Assembly: GCA_963771465.1 (NCBI GenBank)
Contig: CAVYTU010000017.1
Coordinates: 1,056,001 to 1,120,000 of the forward strand
Length of the DNA stretch: 64,000 bases
From: an uncultured delta proteobacterium
GTDB taxonomy: Bacteria > Desulfobacterota > Binatia > UBA9968
Direction: 5' to 3'
Position 1 is the stretch's first letter. Each line of letters starts with the position of its first letter. The notes beneath the pieces are model-generated. The model worked only from the letters and a program-made list of their open reading frames with translations, had not been told where the DNA came from and did not search any database. Below are positions 48,955 through 58,619 of this stretch, in pieces. Both the position numbers and the translations under genes were made by a program.

Positions 48955-49784
48955 GGGCGACCCTCACCCAGCAAAAACTCCGTTAGCACACGGTTAAACT
49001 CTTCGGTCTCCTCGATCTGGGGTTCGTGCGCCGAGCGTTTGAAACGATAAACTCTTGAGCCTGAGACGATCTTTTGAAAGTTTACGTCCCAATCGCTCTG
49101 ATTGAGCAGATCGTGATCACACGACATGATCAGCAGCGGCGTAGTCAATTGCGCTAGCTGCTTGACGAACTCTTCGGTTGTCGAGCGCACTTGGTGCGCC
49201 GGACTGCGCAAACGCGCGGCGGACAACGTTTCCCATGCGCCGGGGATGATCGAGCTGGCGTAGCGCTCGCGAATATTTTCCTCGCTCTGCCACTTGGCGT
49301 CGTGGTAGAGCAGCGCGACGATCTTTTTCATATTTTCCGGCGACGGGGTGTAGTTTTCCAAGTCGGCTTGGGAGTTGGTCTTGAACACGCTGGCGTTGCC
49401 GCAGATGGTCACCATTTTTTGAATCTGAAACGGCGCTGGAGTGCGCACTGAAGCGCGCAGAACCAAGCCGCCGCCGGCGGAATTGCCGACGAAGAATGCT
49501 CTGCCGATGCCCAATATTTCCAGAAAGCGCTGCACATGCTTGATGCGCAAGCCCGCCGGGTCGGTGAAGCTGTAGAGTTTATCGGTTTGACCCCAGCCCA
49601 AAATATCCGGCGCCACGATATGGAAACGTTTAGCCAGCGCGTCGATATTGTAGCGCCAGGTGATTTCCGCTGACGCGCCGTACTCGCCGCCATGGAGCAG
49701 AACCAGATCGGGCCCGCTGCCGGCTTCGAGGAAATGGGTCTTGACGTCGCCGACCAGAATCGTGCGGTGTTGGTAACTTGCCAT
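48951..49784 (-). CDS. Alpha/beta hydrolase (meta-cleavage product hydrolase-like)
   Basis: LLHGG, APDILGWG, VGNSAGG and SAHEPQIE motifs. Confidence 0.85.
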   Translation of the reverse strand: MASYQHRTILVGDVKTHFLEAGSGPDLVLLHGGEYGASAEITWRYNIDALAKRFHIVAPDILGWGQTDKLYSFTDPAGLRIKHVQRFLEILGIGRAFFVGNSAGGGLVLRASVRTPAPFQIQKMVTICGNASVFKTNSQADLENYTPSPENMKKIVALLYHDAKWQSEENIRERYASSIIPGAWETLSAARLRSPAHQVRSTTEEFVKQLAQLTTPLLIMSCDHDLLNQSDWDVNFQKIVSGSRVYRFKRSAHEPQIEETEEFNRVLTEFLLGEGRP

Positions 49785-49796
49785 GCTTTGGAACGT

Positions 49797-50567
49797 CTAA
49801 AGAAAAGCCACGCCGCCGTCGACGGCGACGGTTTGACCGGTCATAAAATCGCTCAGCGGCGAGGCGAGAAAGAGCATGGTGCCGACCAAGTCCTTGGGCA
49901 ACTGCACGCGCTTCAAGGCGCGATCGGCCAAGCGCGCGCCGCGCATTTTGAGCACTTCTTCGGTGGGATTTTCCTCCGAAAGCGTCGAGCCCGGCGCGAT
50001 CGCGTTGACGTTGATGTTGTCGTCGCCGACTTCGCGGGCCAACGTGCGCGTGAAGCCGATGACGCCGGCTTTCGATGTCACGTAGTGAATTCGCCCGGCG
50101 CTGCCGTTGAGCGCGGTGCCAGAAGAGATATTGATGATCTTGCCTGATTTTTGTTGGCGCATGGTCGGCAAGACGGCGCGGGTGCAGAAAAATAAACCTT
50201 TGAGATTGACCGTCATCATCCGGTCCCATTCCGCTGGATCGATGGTATCGATGCCGCCGCGATTCATCGGAATCGTCGAAAAAATCGCCGCGTTATTGAC
50301 CAATACATCGATGCGACCGAATTTATCGAGCGTTAGCTTTGCCATGTCTTTGGTCGACTGCTCGTTGGCGACGTCGACTTTGGCGCCAAGCGCTTTGCCG
50401 TCAAACTGTTTGACGGCTTCGCCGGCGACTTTGTCCGCCGCCGGCGCGTCGATGTCAGCGACGACGACTTTAGCGCCGGCTTCGGCGAATCCGTGGCAAT
50501 AGGCGCGGCCAATGCCATGACCGCCGCCGGTGACGATGACAACCTTGTCTTTGAGTCCTTGGATCAT
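49797..50567 (-). CDS. SDR family oxidoreductase
   Basis: TGGGHGIG, NNAA and YVTSK motifs. Confidence 0.92.
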   Translation of the reverse strand: MIQGLKDKVVIVTGGGHGIGRAYCHGFAEAGAKVVVADIDAPAADKVAGEAVKQFDGKALGAKVDVANEQSTKDMAKLTLDKFGRIDVLVNNAAIFSTIPMNRGGIDTIDPAEWDRMMTVNLKGLFFCTRAVLPTMRQQKSGKIINISSGTALNGSAGRIHYVTSKAGVIGFTRTLAREVGDDNINVNAIAPGSTLSEENPTEEVLKMRGARLADRALKRVQLPKDLVGTMLFLASPLSDFMTGQTVAVDGGVAFL

Positions 50568-50644
50568 TTGTTTGCTCCCATGAATTGATTTGGCGTCAAA
50601 ATAGCCTTAGAACTTTTTGAGTGTCAAGCTGACAATTTGCTTCT

Positions 50645-51427
50645 ATGCAAAAAAGTAGTGATATTGCGCTGAAGGTAATGGATTCAATGAGATGTCTCGA
50701 TAAGTTTTATTTTCAACCTTTCATCGTCTTGCTGTGCGGACTGGTTCTTTGGGTCGACCTGGGGCCGGCTGCCGAGGTCGCACCGAACCCGGACACGTTG
50801 CCGATGTACGGCCAGCCGAAGATTCCCCGCTCGGAAGCGCAGAAGTCCGCCGATGAGGGGTTCGTTCGCGACAACACGCTGAGATTTAGAAACCGTGCGG
50901 CGGGAAGTGTCGCGTTTGCGGCGCAAGGTTGGACGGCGCTGCGCGCCAAGCAGGTCGATGTCGCCATGCAACGATTTAATCAGGCCTGGTTGATGAATCC
51001 GAAATACTACGGCGCGTTCTGGGGTTTCGGCGCGGCCCTGAGCGAGCGCGGCCGCTTGATCGAAGCGATTGAGCAGCTTGAAACCGCACGCACTCTGATC
51101 GACGAGCCCGCCCAGCGCCCTGCATTGCTCGCCGACTTGGGCGCACTGCATTCCGAGTACGCTGTACGCTTGCCCGCCGATAAGCAGCTCGACCGCGCCC
51201 AGCATTTCGTCTTGGCCAATTCTCGCTTCACCGAAAGCGTCGATAACGACCCCAATTTTGCGTCGGCTTGGCGCGAGTGGGCGATGTCGCTCTATGATCA
51301 GGAGCGCTATTCCGAAGCTTGGGTAAAGGCGAAGCGGGTGCAGGAACTGGGAGGCGAGCCGTTGCCAGCGGAATTTCTAAAAAAACTTTCGGCGAAGCTG
51401 CCGGAACCCAAGTCACCTGACAAATAG
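50645..51427 (+). CDS. Tetratricopeptide repeat protein, probably exported (start uncertain)
   Basis: LPMYG, AMQRFNQAWLMNP; helical repeats. Confidence 0.7.
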   Translation: MQKSSDIALKVMDSMRCLDKFYFQPFIVLLCGLVLWVDLGPAAEVAPNPDTLPMYGQPKIPRSEAQKSADEGFVRDNTLRFRNRAAGSVAFAAQGWTALRAKQVDVAMQRFNQAWLMNPKYYGAFWGFGAALSERGRLIEAIEQLETARTLIDEPAQRPALLADLGALHSEYAVRLPADKQLDRAQHFVLANSRFTESVDNDPNFASAWREWAMSLYDQERYSEAWVKAKRVQELGGEPLPAEFLKKLSAKLPEPKSPDK

Positions 51428-51456
51428 ATTCACAAATATTATCCCGCGACTGGCGA

Positions 51457-52308
51457 TTGTCTCGCTGCGCCCGGACAGGCCGCAGGCAAGAGCACGGTCG
51501 GCGACGTCTAATTCTGATATTGTTCGCTTGCGCGCTCGTGTTGCCGCTTCAAGCGCTGGCACAAAAGAGCAACGATGCTAATAGATTTTTATCAATCTGG
51601 GCGGGCAGCTTGCCGCTGATACTTTCGGCGCCTCACGGTGGGCGCGAAGCGATTCCTGGCGTGCCGCTACGCCGCGGCGTCGGAGTGGCGCAGTTCAGCA
51701 CCGGCCGTGACAACAATACCGACGAACTCGCGGCGGCGATAGCGCTCAAAATTGGCGCTAGTCTCGGCGTAAAACCGTTCGTCGTGATCGCTCGCTTCGA
51801 TCGCAAGTTTCTTGACGTGAACCGACCGTCGACCGGAGCCTATGAGTCGGCGGCGGCACAGCCGTTCTACGACGCCTATCATCGTGCACTTGAAGAGTCG
51901 GCTGAGAAAGTTCGCGCGCAATGGGGCGGTGGTCTGCTGCTTGATCTGCACGGTCAGGGTGCCGAGATCGACACGATCTACCGCGGCACCGACAACGGTG
52001 AAACCGTTGCCGCGTTAGTGCAGCGCTACGGCAAGGAAGCCATAAACGGCGCCCATAGTATTTTTGGACAGCTTGCTGCCAAGGGTTACAAAGTTCTGCC
52101 CGATCCGAGCGGGATCGAGCGCGAGCGCCGCTACATCGGCGGCTACACAGCGCGGACCTACGGCAGTCACCGCGGTACGAAGATCGATGCCATTCAAATT
52201 GAGCTCGGCACCAACCTGCGCGCCAAGGCCAATCTGCAACGCACGGCGCAGGATTTGGCAGCGGCCATCGAGGTGTTTGCCAAAGCCTTCCTGCCCGTCG
52301 ACAAATAG
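51457..52308 (+). CDS. N-formylglutamate amidohydrolase family protein with a signal-like N-terminus (start uncertain)
   Basis: PLILSAPHGG, R..LDVNR, YH, LLDLHG and AIQIE motifs. Confidence 0.75.
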   Translation: MSRCARTGRRQEHGRRRLILILFACALVLPLQALAQKSNDANRFLSIWAGSLPLILSAPHGGREAIPGVPLRRGVGVAQFSTGRDNNTDELAAAIALKIGASLGVKPFVVIARFDRKFLDVNRPSTGAYESAAAQPFYDAYHRALEESAEKVRAQWGGGLLLDLHGQGAEIDTIYRGTDNGETVAALVQRYGKEAINGAHSIFGQLAAKGYKVLPDPSGIERERRYIGGYTARTYGSHRGTKIDAIQIELGTNLRAKANLQRTAQDLAAAIEVFAKAFLPVDK

Positions 52309-52479
52309 TTCGACAGCTTGCGCACCACGGCATCACCACCAACCACGTTACTGTGCTTGCGACGCTTCTGTCTTTTCTCGCGGGTGCGTCGATCGCCGGT
52401 AACCCGGTGCCGAGGGAAATTTTCAATCGTGGGATTGATCATTGTATACTGGGCTTCGATTCGAGCTCGGGAGGTTTTC

Positions 52480-53001
52480 ATGGTGAACCGGGTGATTTTC
52501 TTATGTGGTGTGTTTGCTTGTGTTGCAATTGCGAATTCTGCTGAGCGGAATTGGCCTGGCGCGCCGCCGGATTGCTGGCAGGAAGCGCGCAACGTTCATG
52601 GCGGCGATTCTGCCGATATGTGGAAAATCAACACGGTCATTCGGAAACTCAAAGATGGCAAACTCAAACCTGGCGTTCATTCGCTCAATAGAGGTTATTT
52701 CTTTGTCGCCGAAGAAGGCCGGCCAAATGGCGTGGTGACTATCTTCGCGGAAAAATCTTATCTCATTCGCATCGAGTTTAGTCACCTCTTCGGTCTTTCA
52801 GAAGTAAAGTGGGTCAATGAGAAATTGCTATTCATGCGTCCCTGGTGGGGCCGGATTGCCGCGACGGATTTGATCTACGACGTCGAGGCGGAAAGGTTTA
52901 TCTACGCCGAAAGCGTCACAGATGCGTACTTGGCGTTGCAACAGTTTCGTGAAAGTTGCCCGGTGCACGGCTGTGAGTGTATCAAAAAGAAATTGGAGTA
53001 A
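52480..53001 (+). CDS. Hypothetical exported protein
   Basis: GGAGG RBS; signal peptide; KWVNEKLLFMRPWWGR; Cys-rich C-terminus. Confidence 0.6.
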   Translation: MVNRVIFLCGVFACVAIANSAERNWPGAPPDCWQEARNVHGGDSADMWKINTVIRKLKDGKLKPGVHSLNRGYFFVAEEGRPNGVVTIFAEKSYLIRIEFSHLFGLSEVKWVNEKLLFMRPWWGRIAATDLIYDVEAERFIYAESVTDAYLALQQFRESCPVHGCECIKKKLE

Positions 53002-53080
53002 TAGAGTGTTGAAATAATGGAGTACTGGGTTTCACTCCCCATGACTCCAATACTCATGACTCCAATAGCCCATTCCTCCC
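52995..53080. repeat. Octamer-like repeats (GGAGTAAT) with inverted copies (ACTCCAAT) between convergent genes
   Basis: ggagtaatagagtgttg..ggagtactg ... actccaatactc..actccaat. Confidence 0.6.
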
Positions 53081-53081
53081 C

Positions 53082-53915
53082 TCACACCGCTATGGTTTGT
53101 CCGCCGTCGACGACCAGCGCGTGGCCAGTAACGAACGAAGCTTCATCGGAAACCAAAAAGAGTACGCCGTAGGCGATCTCTTCCGGGCGGCCCATTCGAA
53201 GCATTGCTTTGTTGCTGCTGCCCATCTTTTTTCTTTGCTCATCGGTCATGCCTTCGCCAAGCGTTGGCCGGGGTGGAAACCCCCTGAAGCGCGGTGTCTC
53301 GATGGCGCCCGGGCAAACGCAGTTGATGCGAATTCCCATCGGGCCGTAATCAATCGCCATCTCGCGAGTCAAATTGATGATCGCCGCTTTGGTCGCGCAG
53401 TAGCCGGGATATTCCGCCGACGCGAGCAGACCGAAGGTCGATGCGGTGGTTACCATGTTGCCGCTGCCTTGTTTGATAAACTGTGGCATGACTGCGCGTG
53501 CGCCGCGATACATCGCGTTGAGATTGGTGTTCAAGACGAAGTTCCATTCTTCGTCGGTGTGTTCGTGGATTTTTTTGCGAATGCCGGCGCCGGCGTTGTT
53601 GTAAAGAATATCGATCCTGCCGAACGAATCCAGCGCCGTTTTCACTGCGTGGTCTAAATCTTCCTGCTTAGTGACGTCGCAATTGGCGAAGATCGCCGCG
53701 CCGCCTTCCTTGTCCTTAATCAATTGATCGATGCGCGGCGCAATGGTTTCCTGAATATCGCAGCAAACTACTTTTGCTCCCTCGCGCGCGAACAAGCGCG
53801 CCGTCGCGCGGCCGATGCCGCTGTTGGCGCCGGTAATGATCGCGACTTTGTCTTTTAGCCGTCCGAGGCCGGGCCGAAGCATTTCGTGCTCGTCTTTCAA
53901 AATTATTTCCGCCAT
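53082..53915 (-). CDS. SDR family oxidoreductase
   Basis: TGANSGIG, NNAG and YCATK motifs. Confidence 0.92.
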   Translation of the reverse strand: MAEIILKDEHEMLRPGLGRLKDKVAIITGANSGIGRATARLFAREGAKVVCCDIQETIAPRIDQLIKDKEGGAAIFANCDVTKQEDLDHAVKTALDSFGRIDILYNNAGAGIRKKIHEHTDEEWNFVLNTNLNAMYRGARAVMPQFIKQGSGNMVTTASTFGLLASAEYPGYCATKAAIINLTREMAIDYGPMGIRINCVCPGAIETPRFRGFPPRPTLGEGMTDEQRKKMGSSNKAMLRMGRPEEIAYGVLFLVSDEASFVTGHALVVDGGQTIAV

Positions 53916-53982
53916 AAGCTTTGTCTCCGTTGGTGAATTTGATCGCTATGGAGTACTGGCCCACGTCCTGTGAAGGATCGGA

Positions 53983-54969
53983 TTATTTTTTATACAGCTG
54001 CTTGATAAACCCGGATTTTTCCAGCTCGGCGACAAGGCTCAGATCGACATACGTTTTAGGATCGGCGGACGCCGCCTTAGGGTTCTTGGGCGCCATATCA
54101 TCAAGCATGGTTTTCACGCCATCGGCGGTTGGATAGGGGACTTCGGGAAACACGTTCGAATAGTCCTTGTACGCTCGCTCCAGGCCCTCGGGATCGGCGA
54201 CGCCGAGATTTTTCTTGAAGAGGCCCTTGGCATACTCCTTCTCGGTTTTGATGATATGGATCGCCTCGATCATGGCGCGGGTCAGTTTTAGCATAAGCGG
54301 CCTTTTGGTTTTGACGATGGCTTCCCGGCTGAGGATGCCGTTCCACCAGAAGGGGATCTTGAGATCGGTGATGTTGTAAAGATTGCGAAAGCCGAGTTTT
54401 TCCGCCTGGGTCAGGAAAGGTTCCGGTATGATGGTGAACTGAGTTACGCCCTTTGAAAGTGCCGCGAATCTTTCGGCGGTGCCTCCCGTGGGAATAATCT
54501 TCACATCCTTGTCCGGGTCAACCCCAAGTTTTCTCAGCGCCAGCCGCAATCCTAGATCAGACGTGCTGCCCAGGCGATTGACACCGGCTGTTTTGCCCTT
54601 GAGTTGTTCGACTGCGGTAACGTTCGACAATGAGACAATGTGGTCGACGAACGTAGGAACCACGCCTACGATCATCACCGTGTCGGCGCCGGCGAGGCGC
54701 GAGCTCGTTAGCGTCGTCACTGAAATGCTCGCCGCGTCGATTTCATTTGCCAGTAGCGCTTGCAGCACGGTCGGGCTGGCGTTGATCGCGATGATTTCCG
54801 GCGTCACGCCTTGTTTCTGCATGAGCTTGCGGTCTTCGATGACCCAGATCGGACTGTTGGTCGGGCTGAAGCCAGCCCATGCCAGGCGTAATCTTTCCTG
54901 AGCGCCGGCAAATGGTAATTGCGCGGTCATGGCGAGAGTGCCGGCGAGAGCGAAGATGACTCTATTCAT
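53983..54969 (-). CDS. ABC transporter substrate-binding protein, NMT1/SsuA-like
   Basis: Signal peptide; PIWV, LKGKTAGVNRLGSTSD and ELEKSGFIKQLY motifs. Confidence 0.85.
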   Translation of the reverse strand: MNRVIFALAGTLAMTAQLPFAGAQERLRLAWAGFSPTNSPIWVIEDRKLMQKQGVTPEIIAINASPTVLQALLANEIDAASISVTTLTSSRLAGADTVMIVGVVPTFVDHIVSLSNVTAVEQLKGKTAGVNRLGSTSDLGLRLALRKLGVDPDKDVKIIPTGGTAERFAALSKGVTQFTIIPEPFLTQAEKLGFRNLYNITDLKIPFWWNGILSREAIVKTKRPLMLKLTRAMIEAIHIIKTEKEYAKGLFKKNLGVADPEGLERAYKDYSNVFPEVPYPTADGVKTMLDDMAPKNPKAASADPKTYVDLSLVAELEKSGFIKQLYKK

Positions 54970-55089
54970 TGCGATTCCTCCTGAACGGTTAGACGCCAGA
55001 CGTTACCCCGTGAGCGCTTCGAGATCAACAAATAAGACGACTGGTTCGCGCCCGATTACATTGACTCAATATTTCAATTGGTATACCTA

Positions 55090-55315
55090 AGAGCGGGCTC
55101 CGGAACGAGTCCGGTTTATGGCTAATAGGGCACTATCCTCGCGGTTAGGAAAGCCAGTCTCAAAAGTACCTCTTCCATATGGACAATGCCGACTACCCAA
55201 TAGCCGAAAGCGGTCAAAGACTATGGCGTGCGGCTAAGAAGCTGGAAAACCTTTACGTAGCCTGAAGCCGGCAATGCGGCCAACGTCTAAGTATTGAGGC
55301 TATAGCCGCGCTTTC
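55090..55315 (+). ncRNA. Candidate structured RNA of about 225 nt (class unknown)
   Basis: Nested complementary segments across an ORF-free interval; promoter-like TTGACT (55061) ... TGGTATACC directly upstream. Confidence 0.45.
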
Positions 55316-55357
55316 ACTATTAAAAAGAACCAGGCAACGGGGGATTTGAACAAGGAT

Positions 55358-56440
55358 ATGATTCTGAGAAATTGGTTCCTAGCACTCAATCTAGCTATAG
55401 CTTTGCTCGCCCAGTCGGCGACCGCTGCCCAGCCGGCGGCGCCCAAAGCGGCCTTCGATGAAAAAGCGGTGGCGGACTTCTATCGGGGCAAGACCGTGAG
55501 AATCGTCGTCGGCTTCTCCGCCGGCGGCGGCTACGATCAATATTCCCGCGTGATCGGCCGTCATCTGTCCAAACATATCCCTGGCAACCCCAACGTGCTG
55601 GTCGACAACATGCCCGGCGTCGGCAGCATCATCGCCGCCAATCACCTCTATAACGCCGCTCCCAAAGACGGCACCGTGGTGGCAAACATCTCCGGTCCGA
55701 TCGTTCTCGAGCAGCTGTTTGGCGCGCCGTCGGTACAGTTCGATATGGCGAAGTTTCGCTATCTCGCGGTGCCGGTGAGCGAAAGCTACCTGATGATTGT
55801 CCATAAGCGAACTGGCATCACGAGGTTCGACGACCTGCGCGGCGACAAGGGCAAACAGGTGACTTTCGGAGCTATTCCCGGTTCAACCGTCGAACACGCG
55901 CCGATCATGGTCAAGGAAGCGCTCAACCTTAATCTCAAAATCGTTTCCGGCTACAAAGGGACGGCAGACGTTCGCTTGGCTCTCGATAGCGGCGAAGTCG
56001 ATGGCTTCTTCAATACCTGGACATCGTCGAAAGTCACTTCAATCGACAAGGTGAAGAGCGGCGAGTGGGTGCTATTGGCACAGTTGACGGAAAAACCGAT
56101 GAAGGACCTAATCGTGTCCAATGTCCCCACGATTCAGCAGATCTCTCGCTCCGAGGAGCAGCGCATGCTGCTTAAGTTTGGCACGAGCACACCCAATGAC
56201 TTCGGCAAGGTTTATGTTTTGCCGCCCGGTGTTCCAGTCGAGCGGGCCGCGGCGCTCGAAAGCGCGTTCGCGAAAGTATTCAAAGACAAGGAGCTGATCG
56301 CCGAGGCCGACAAAGGCCGGTTGGAAATCGATCCGCTGATCGGCAACACGATAACCAAGCTCGTGACCGAATTCCTCGGCATGCCGAGCGATGTGAAGAA
56401 TAAATTGCAAACTGTGCTTAAAACGCCGGTAAAGAGGTAA
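55358..56440 (+). CDS. Tripartite tricarboxylate transporter substrate-binding protein (Bug/TctC family)
   Basis: FYRGKTVRIVVGFSAGGGYD, NMPGVGS, PKDG and GYKG..LALDSGEVDG motifs. Confidence 0.88.
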   Translation: MILRNWFLALNLAIALLAQSATAAQPAAPKAAFDEKAVADFYRGKTVRIVVGFSAGGGYDQYSRVIGRHLSKHIPGNPNVLVDNMPGVGSIIAANHLYNAAPKDGTVVANISGPIVLEQLFGAPSVQFDMAKFRYLAVPVSESYLMIVHKRTGITRFDDLRGDKGKQVTFGAIPGSTVEHAPIMVKEALNLNLKIVSGYKGTADVRLALDSGEVDGFFNTWTSSKVTSIDKVKSGEWVLLAQLTEKPMKDLIVSNVPTIQQISRSEEQRMLLKFGTSTPNDFGKVYVLPPGVPVERAAALESAFAKVFKDKELIAEADKGRLEIDPLIGNTITKLVTEFLGMPSDVKNKLQTVLKTPVKR

Positions 56441-56484
56441 GGCATCTTCAAGAGTAACGTTGCAGTCGCAATAGGAGGTTCACG

Positions 56485-57498
56485 ATGATTCAAAGGATTC
56501 GATGGCTATTCGCGGCCCTTATCGTTCTTATGATTTTCGGGCCGTCAACGATTTCGGCGCAAACGGAAACAATCTTGGAACTTTACAAGAAAGCACTCAA
56601 AGAAGAAGGAGTGCTCAACTGCTATTGCTCCCTGGCGCAAATCAATGCCGAGAAGATTTATCCGGTTTTTGAAAAGCGCTTTCCTGGAATCAAAATCAAC
56701 CACGTAGACGCCACTTCGGACAAGCTGTCAGCGCGCGCCATCACCGAAGCTAGAGGCGGCAAAACCATCGCAGACATAGTCGAATTCGGCCTGGAAGACA
56801 TCAACAAGATTTACGAGCAGCAGCTTATCTTGGAAAAGGCTCCGCCAGAAGCGGCCGAATATCCGGCAAATCTGAAAGGATCGTACTGGGTTGCCAACAA
56901 TCTGATCTTTTTCGTCGGCGCATGGAACACGGACAAGGTGAAAAAAGGCGAAGAGCCAAAATTTCTCGATGATTTCGGTGATCCGAGATGGAAAGGGCGG
57001 CTCATTGCTGAACCCAGGGACTACGAGATTCTCATCGGTCTCACCCATAAGCATAAGGACTTAGAGAAGGCCCGTGCCATCCTTGCGCGCATCGCTGCGA
57101 ATAATGTTGAATTCCACAAAGGCCATTCGCAGCTCGCCGAGTTCTTAGTCGCGGGCCAAGCGGCGGCGTGTTTCACCTGCTATTCCCATCACTATCCCGA
57201 ACGCAAAAGAAAAGGCGCGCCGGTAGATTTTATGCTCTCGGAAGGCGCGGCCGGCATCATCGCCGTCGCGGTGTTGAAAAATGCGCCTCATCCCAATACC
57301 GCGTGGCTCTTCGCTCGTTGGGCCGCCTCGGCGGACGGACAGAAAGTTTATTCCGAGGGCGGCCGCACCCCCGCTCATCCAAAGGTTGAGCCCACGGAAA
57401 AAATTCGGCCCAAGGCGATTTACGCCGTCGGCGTCGAGGATCTGAAGCAATATTCAAAGTATGAAAAAATTTGGAAAGAAGTTTTCAAGCTGAGATAG
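56485..57498 (+). CDS. Extracellular solute-binding protein, array II copy 1
   Basis: ALKEEG, FEKRFPGIK, PRWKGRL, CFTCYSHH and APHPNTA motifs. Confidence 0.88.
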   Translation: MIQRIRWLFAALIVLMIFGPSTISAQTETILELYKKALKEEGVLNCYCSLAQINAEKIYPVFEKRFPGIKINHVDATSDKLSARAITEARGGKTIADIVEFGLEDINKIYEQQLILEKAPPEAAEYPANLKGSYWVANNLIFFVGAWNTDKVKKGEEPKFLDDFGDPRWKGRLIAEPRDYEILIGLTHKHKDLEKARAILARIAANNVEFHKGHSQLAEFLVAGQAAACFTCYSHHYPERKRKGAPVDFMLSEGAAGIIAVAVLKNAPHPNTAWLFARWAASADGQKVYSEGGRTPAHPKVEPTEKIRPKAIYAVGVEDLKQYSKYEKIWKEVFKLR

Positions 57499-57528
57499 CG
57501 GTTCCTATTACGACCAAAAGCGGAGGAA

Positions 57529-58539
57529 ATGATGAAAATTTTTGGCAAACTAACTTTCGGAGCAATCTTGTTAGCATTGACGACTGCGGCCAATGTCGGC
57601 GCGCAGTCGCTCGACGAGCTGCATAAGCTGGCGCTCAAAGAGGGCGGCGTGGTGAACTTCTACGCCACTCTGGCGCAGCTCAACGCCGAGAAAATATTAC
57701 CGGTATTCGAGAAGCGTTTTCCCGGAATGAAAGTGAATCATGTCGACGCGACGGCCGACAAGCTCGCCGCGCGGGCGATTACCGAAGCGCGCGGCGGGCG
57801 GGTAATTAGCGACCTGTTTCAGATGGCTCTGGAAAACGTTTTGCAGGTAAGCGAACAAAAACTCCTGGTCGATCGGTTGCCGCCGGAAGCGGCCGACTAT
57901 CCGGCGACGCTCAAGTCGGCCAATTGGTTGGCCGCGGATCTGGTGATTATCATCGGTTCGTGGAACACGGGACTGGTCAAGAAAGAAGACGAACCCAAAC
58001 AGTTCGACGATTTTGCCGATCCCAAATGGAAAGGCAAATTGATCGCCGAGGCGCGTGACGTGGAATTGCTGATCGGGTTGGCACGGCATAAATATAAAAA
58101 CGATGAGAAAGCTTTCGACTTTCTGCGCAGGTTGGCGGCTAATAATATTGAGTTTCACAAAGGTCACTCGGAGCTTGCCGAGTTTCTCACCGCGGGCCAA
58201 GCCGCCGCCTGTGTGACCTGTTACGCGCACCACTATCCACCGCGCATCAAGAAGGGCGCGCCGCTGAACTACATGCGCAACGAAGGCGTTGCGACCATCA
58301 CTGCCAACGCGCTGGCCAAGGATGCGCCCCACCCCAACGCAGCCTGGCTTTTCTATCGCTGGTCGGCCAGCGAAGAAGGGCAGAAGGCTTATGCGGCCGG
58401 GGGACGCTTGCCGCCCCATCCGAAAGTAGAGCCGGTGGAGAAGATTCGACCGGCGACGATCTATCCGATCGGCACCGAAGAAATCAAAGAGTGGCGGCGC
58501 TATGAAAAGAGCTGGAAGGAGATATTCAAGCTGCGTTAG
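57529..58539 (+). CDS. Extracellular solute-binding protein, array II copy 2
   Basis: Paralog of the previous gene; CVTCYAHH. Confidence 0.88.
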   Translation: MMKIFGKLTFGAILLALTTAANVGAQSLDELHKLALKEGGVVNFYATLAQLNAEKILPVFEKRFPGMKVNHVDATADKLAARAITEARGGRVISDLFQMALENVLQVSEQKLLVDRLPPEAADYPATLKSANWLAADLVIIIGSWNTGLVKKEDEPKQFDDFADPKWKGKLIAEARDVELLIGLARHKYKNDEKAFDFLRRLAANNIEFHKGHSELAEFLTAGQAAACVTCYAHHYPPRIKKGAPLNYMRNEGVATITANALAKDAPHPNAAWLFYRWSASEEGQKAYAAGGRLPPHPKVEPVEKIRPATIYPIGTEEIKEWRRYEKSWKEIFKLR

Positions 58540-58619
58540 GAGCGGCTTGACTCCGTAATTGAAGCTGATATCACCGTTGCACCGGAGTTGCCGGCATAGA
58601 TTTTCTGGAGGTTTCTTAG

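Noticed and set aside
55090-55315. tmRNA, 6S or RNase P identity for the structured region
   Set aside because: No tRNA-like ends or ALAA-type tag frame, no GAGGAAAGUCC core, and no simple 6S rod with a central bubble evident by eye.
57166-57192. Possible heme c attachment site in array II SBPs
   Set aside because: The motif is CxxCY, not CxxCH.
2479-58419. Numerous long antisense or alternate-frame ORFs (for example 2479-3279, 27643-28608, 57697-58419)
   Set aside because: Shadow ORFs of well-supported genes, expected in GC-rich DNA.
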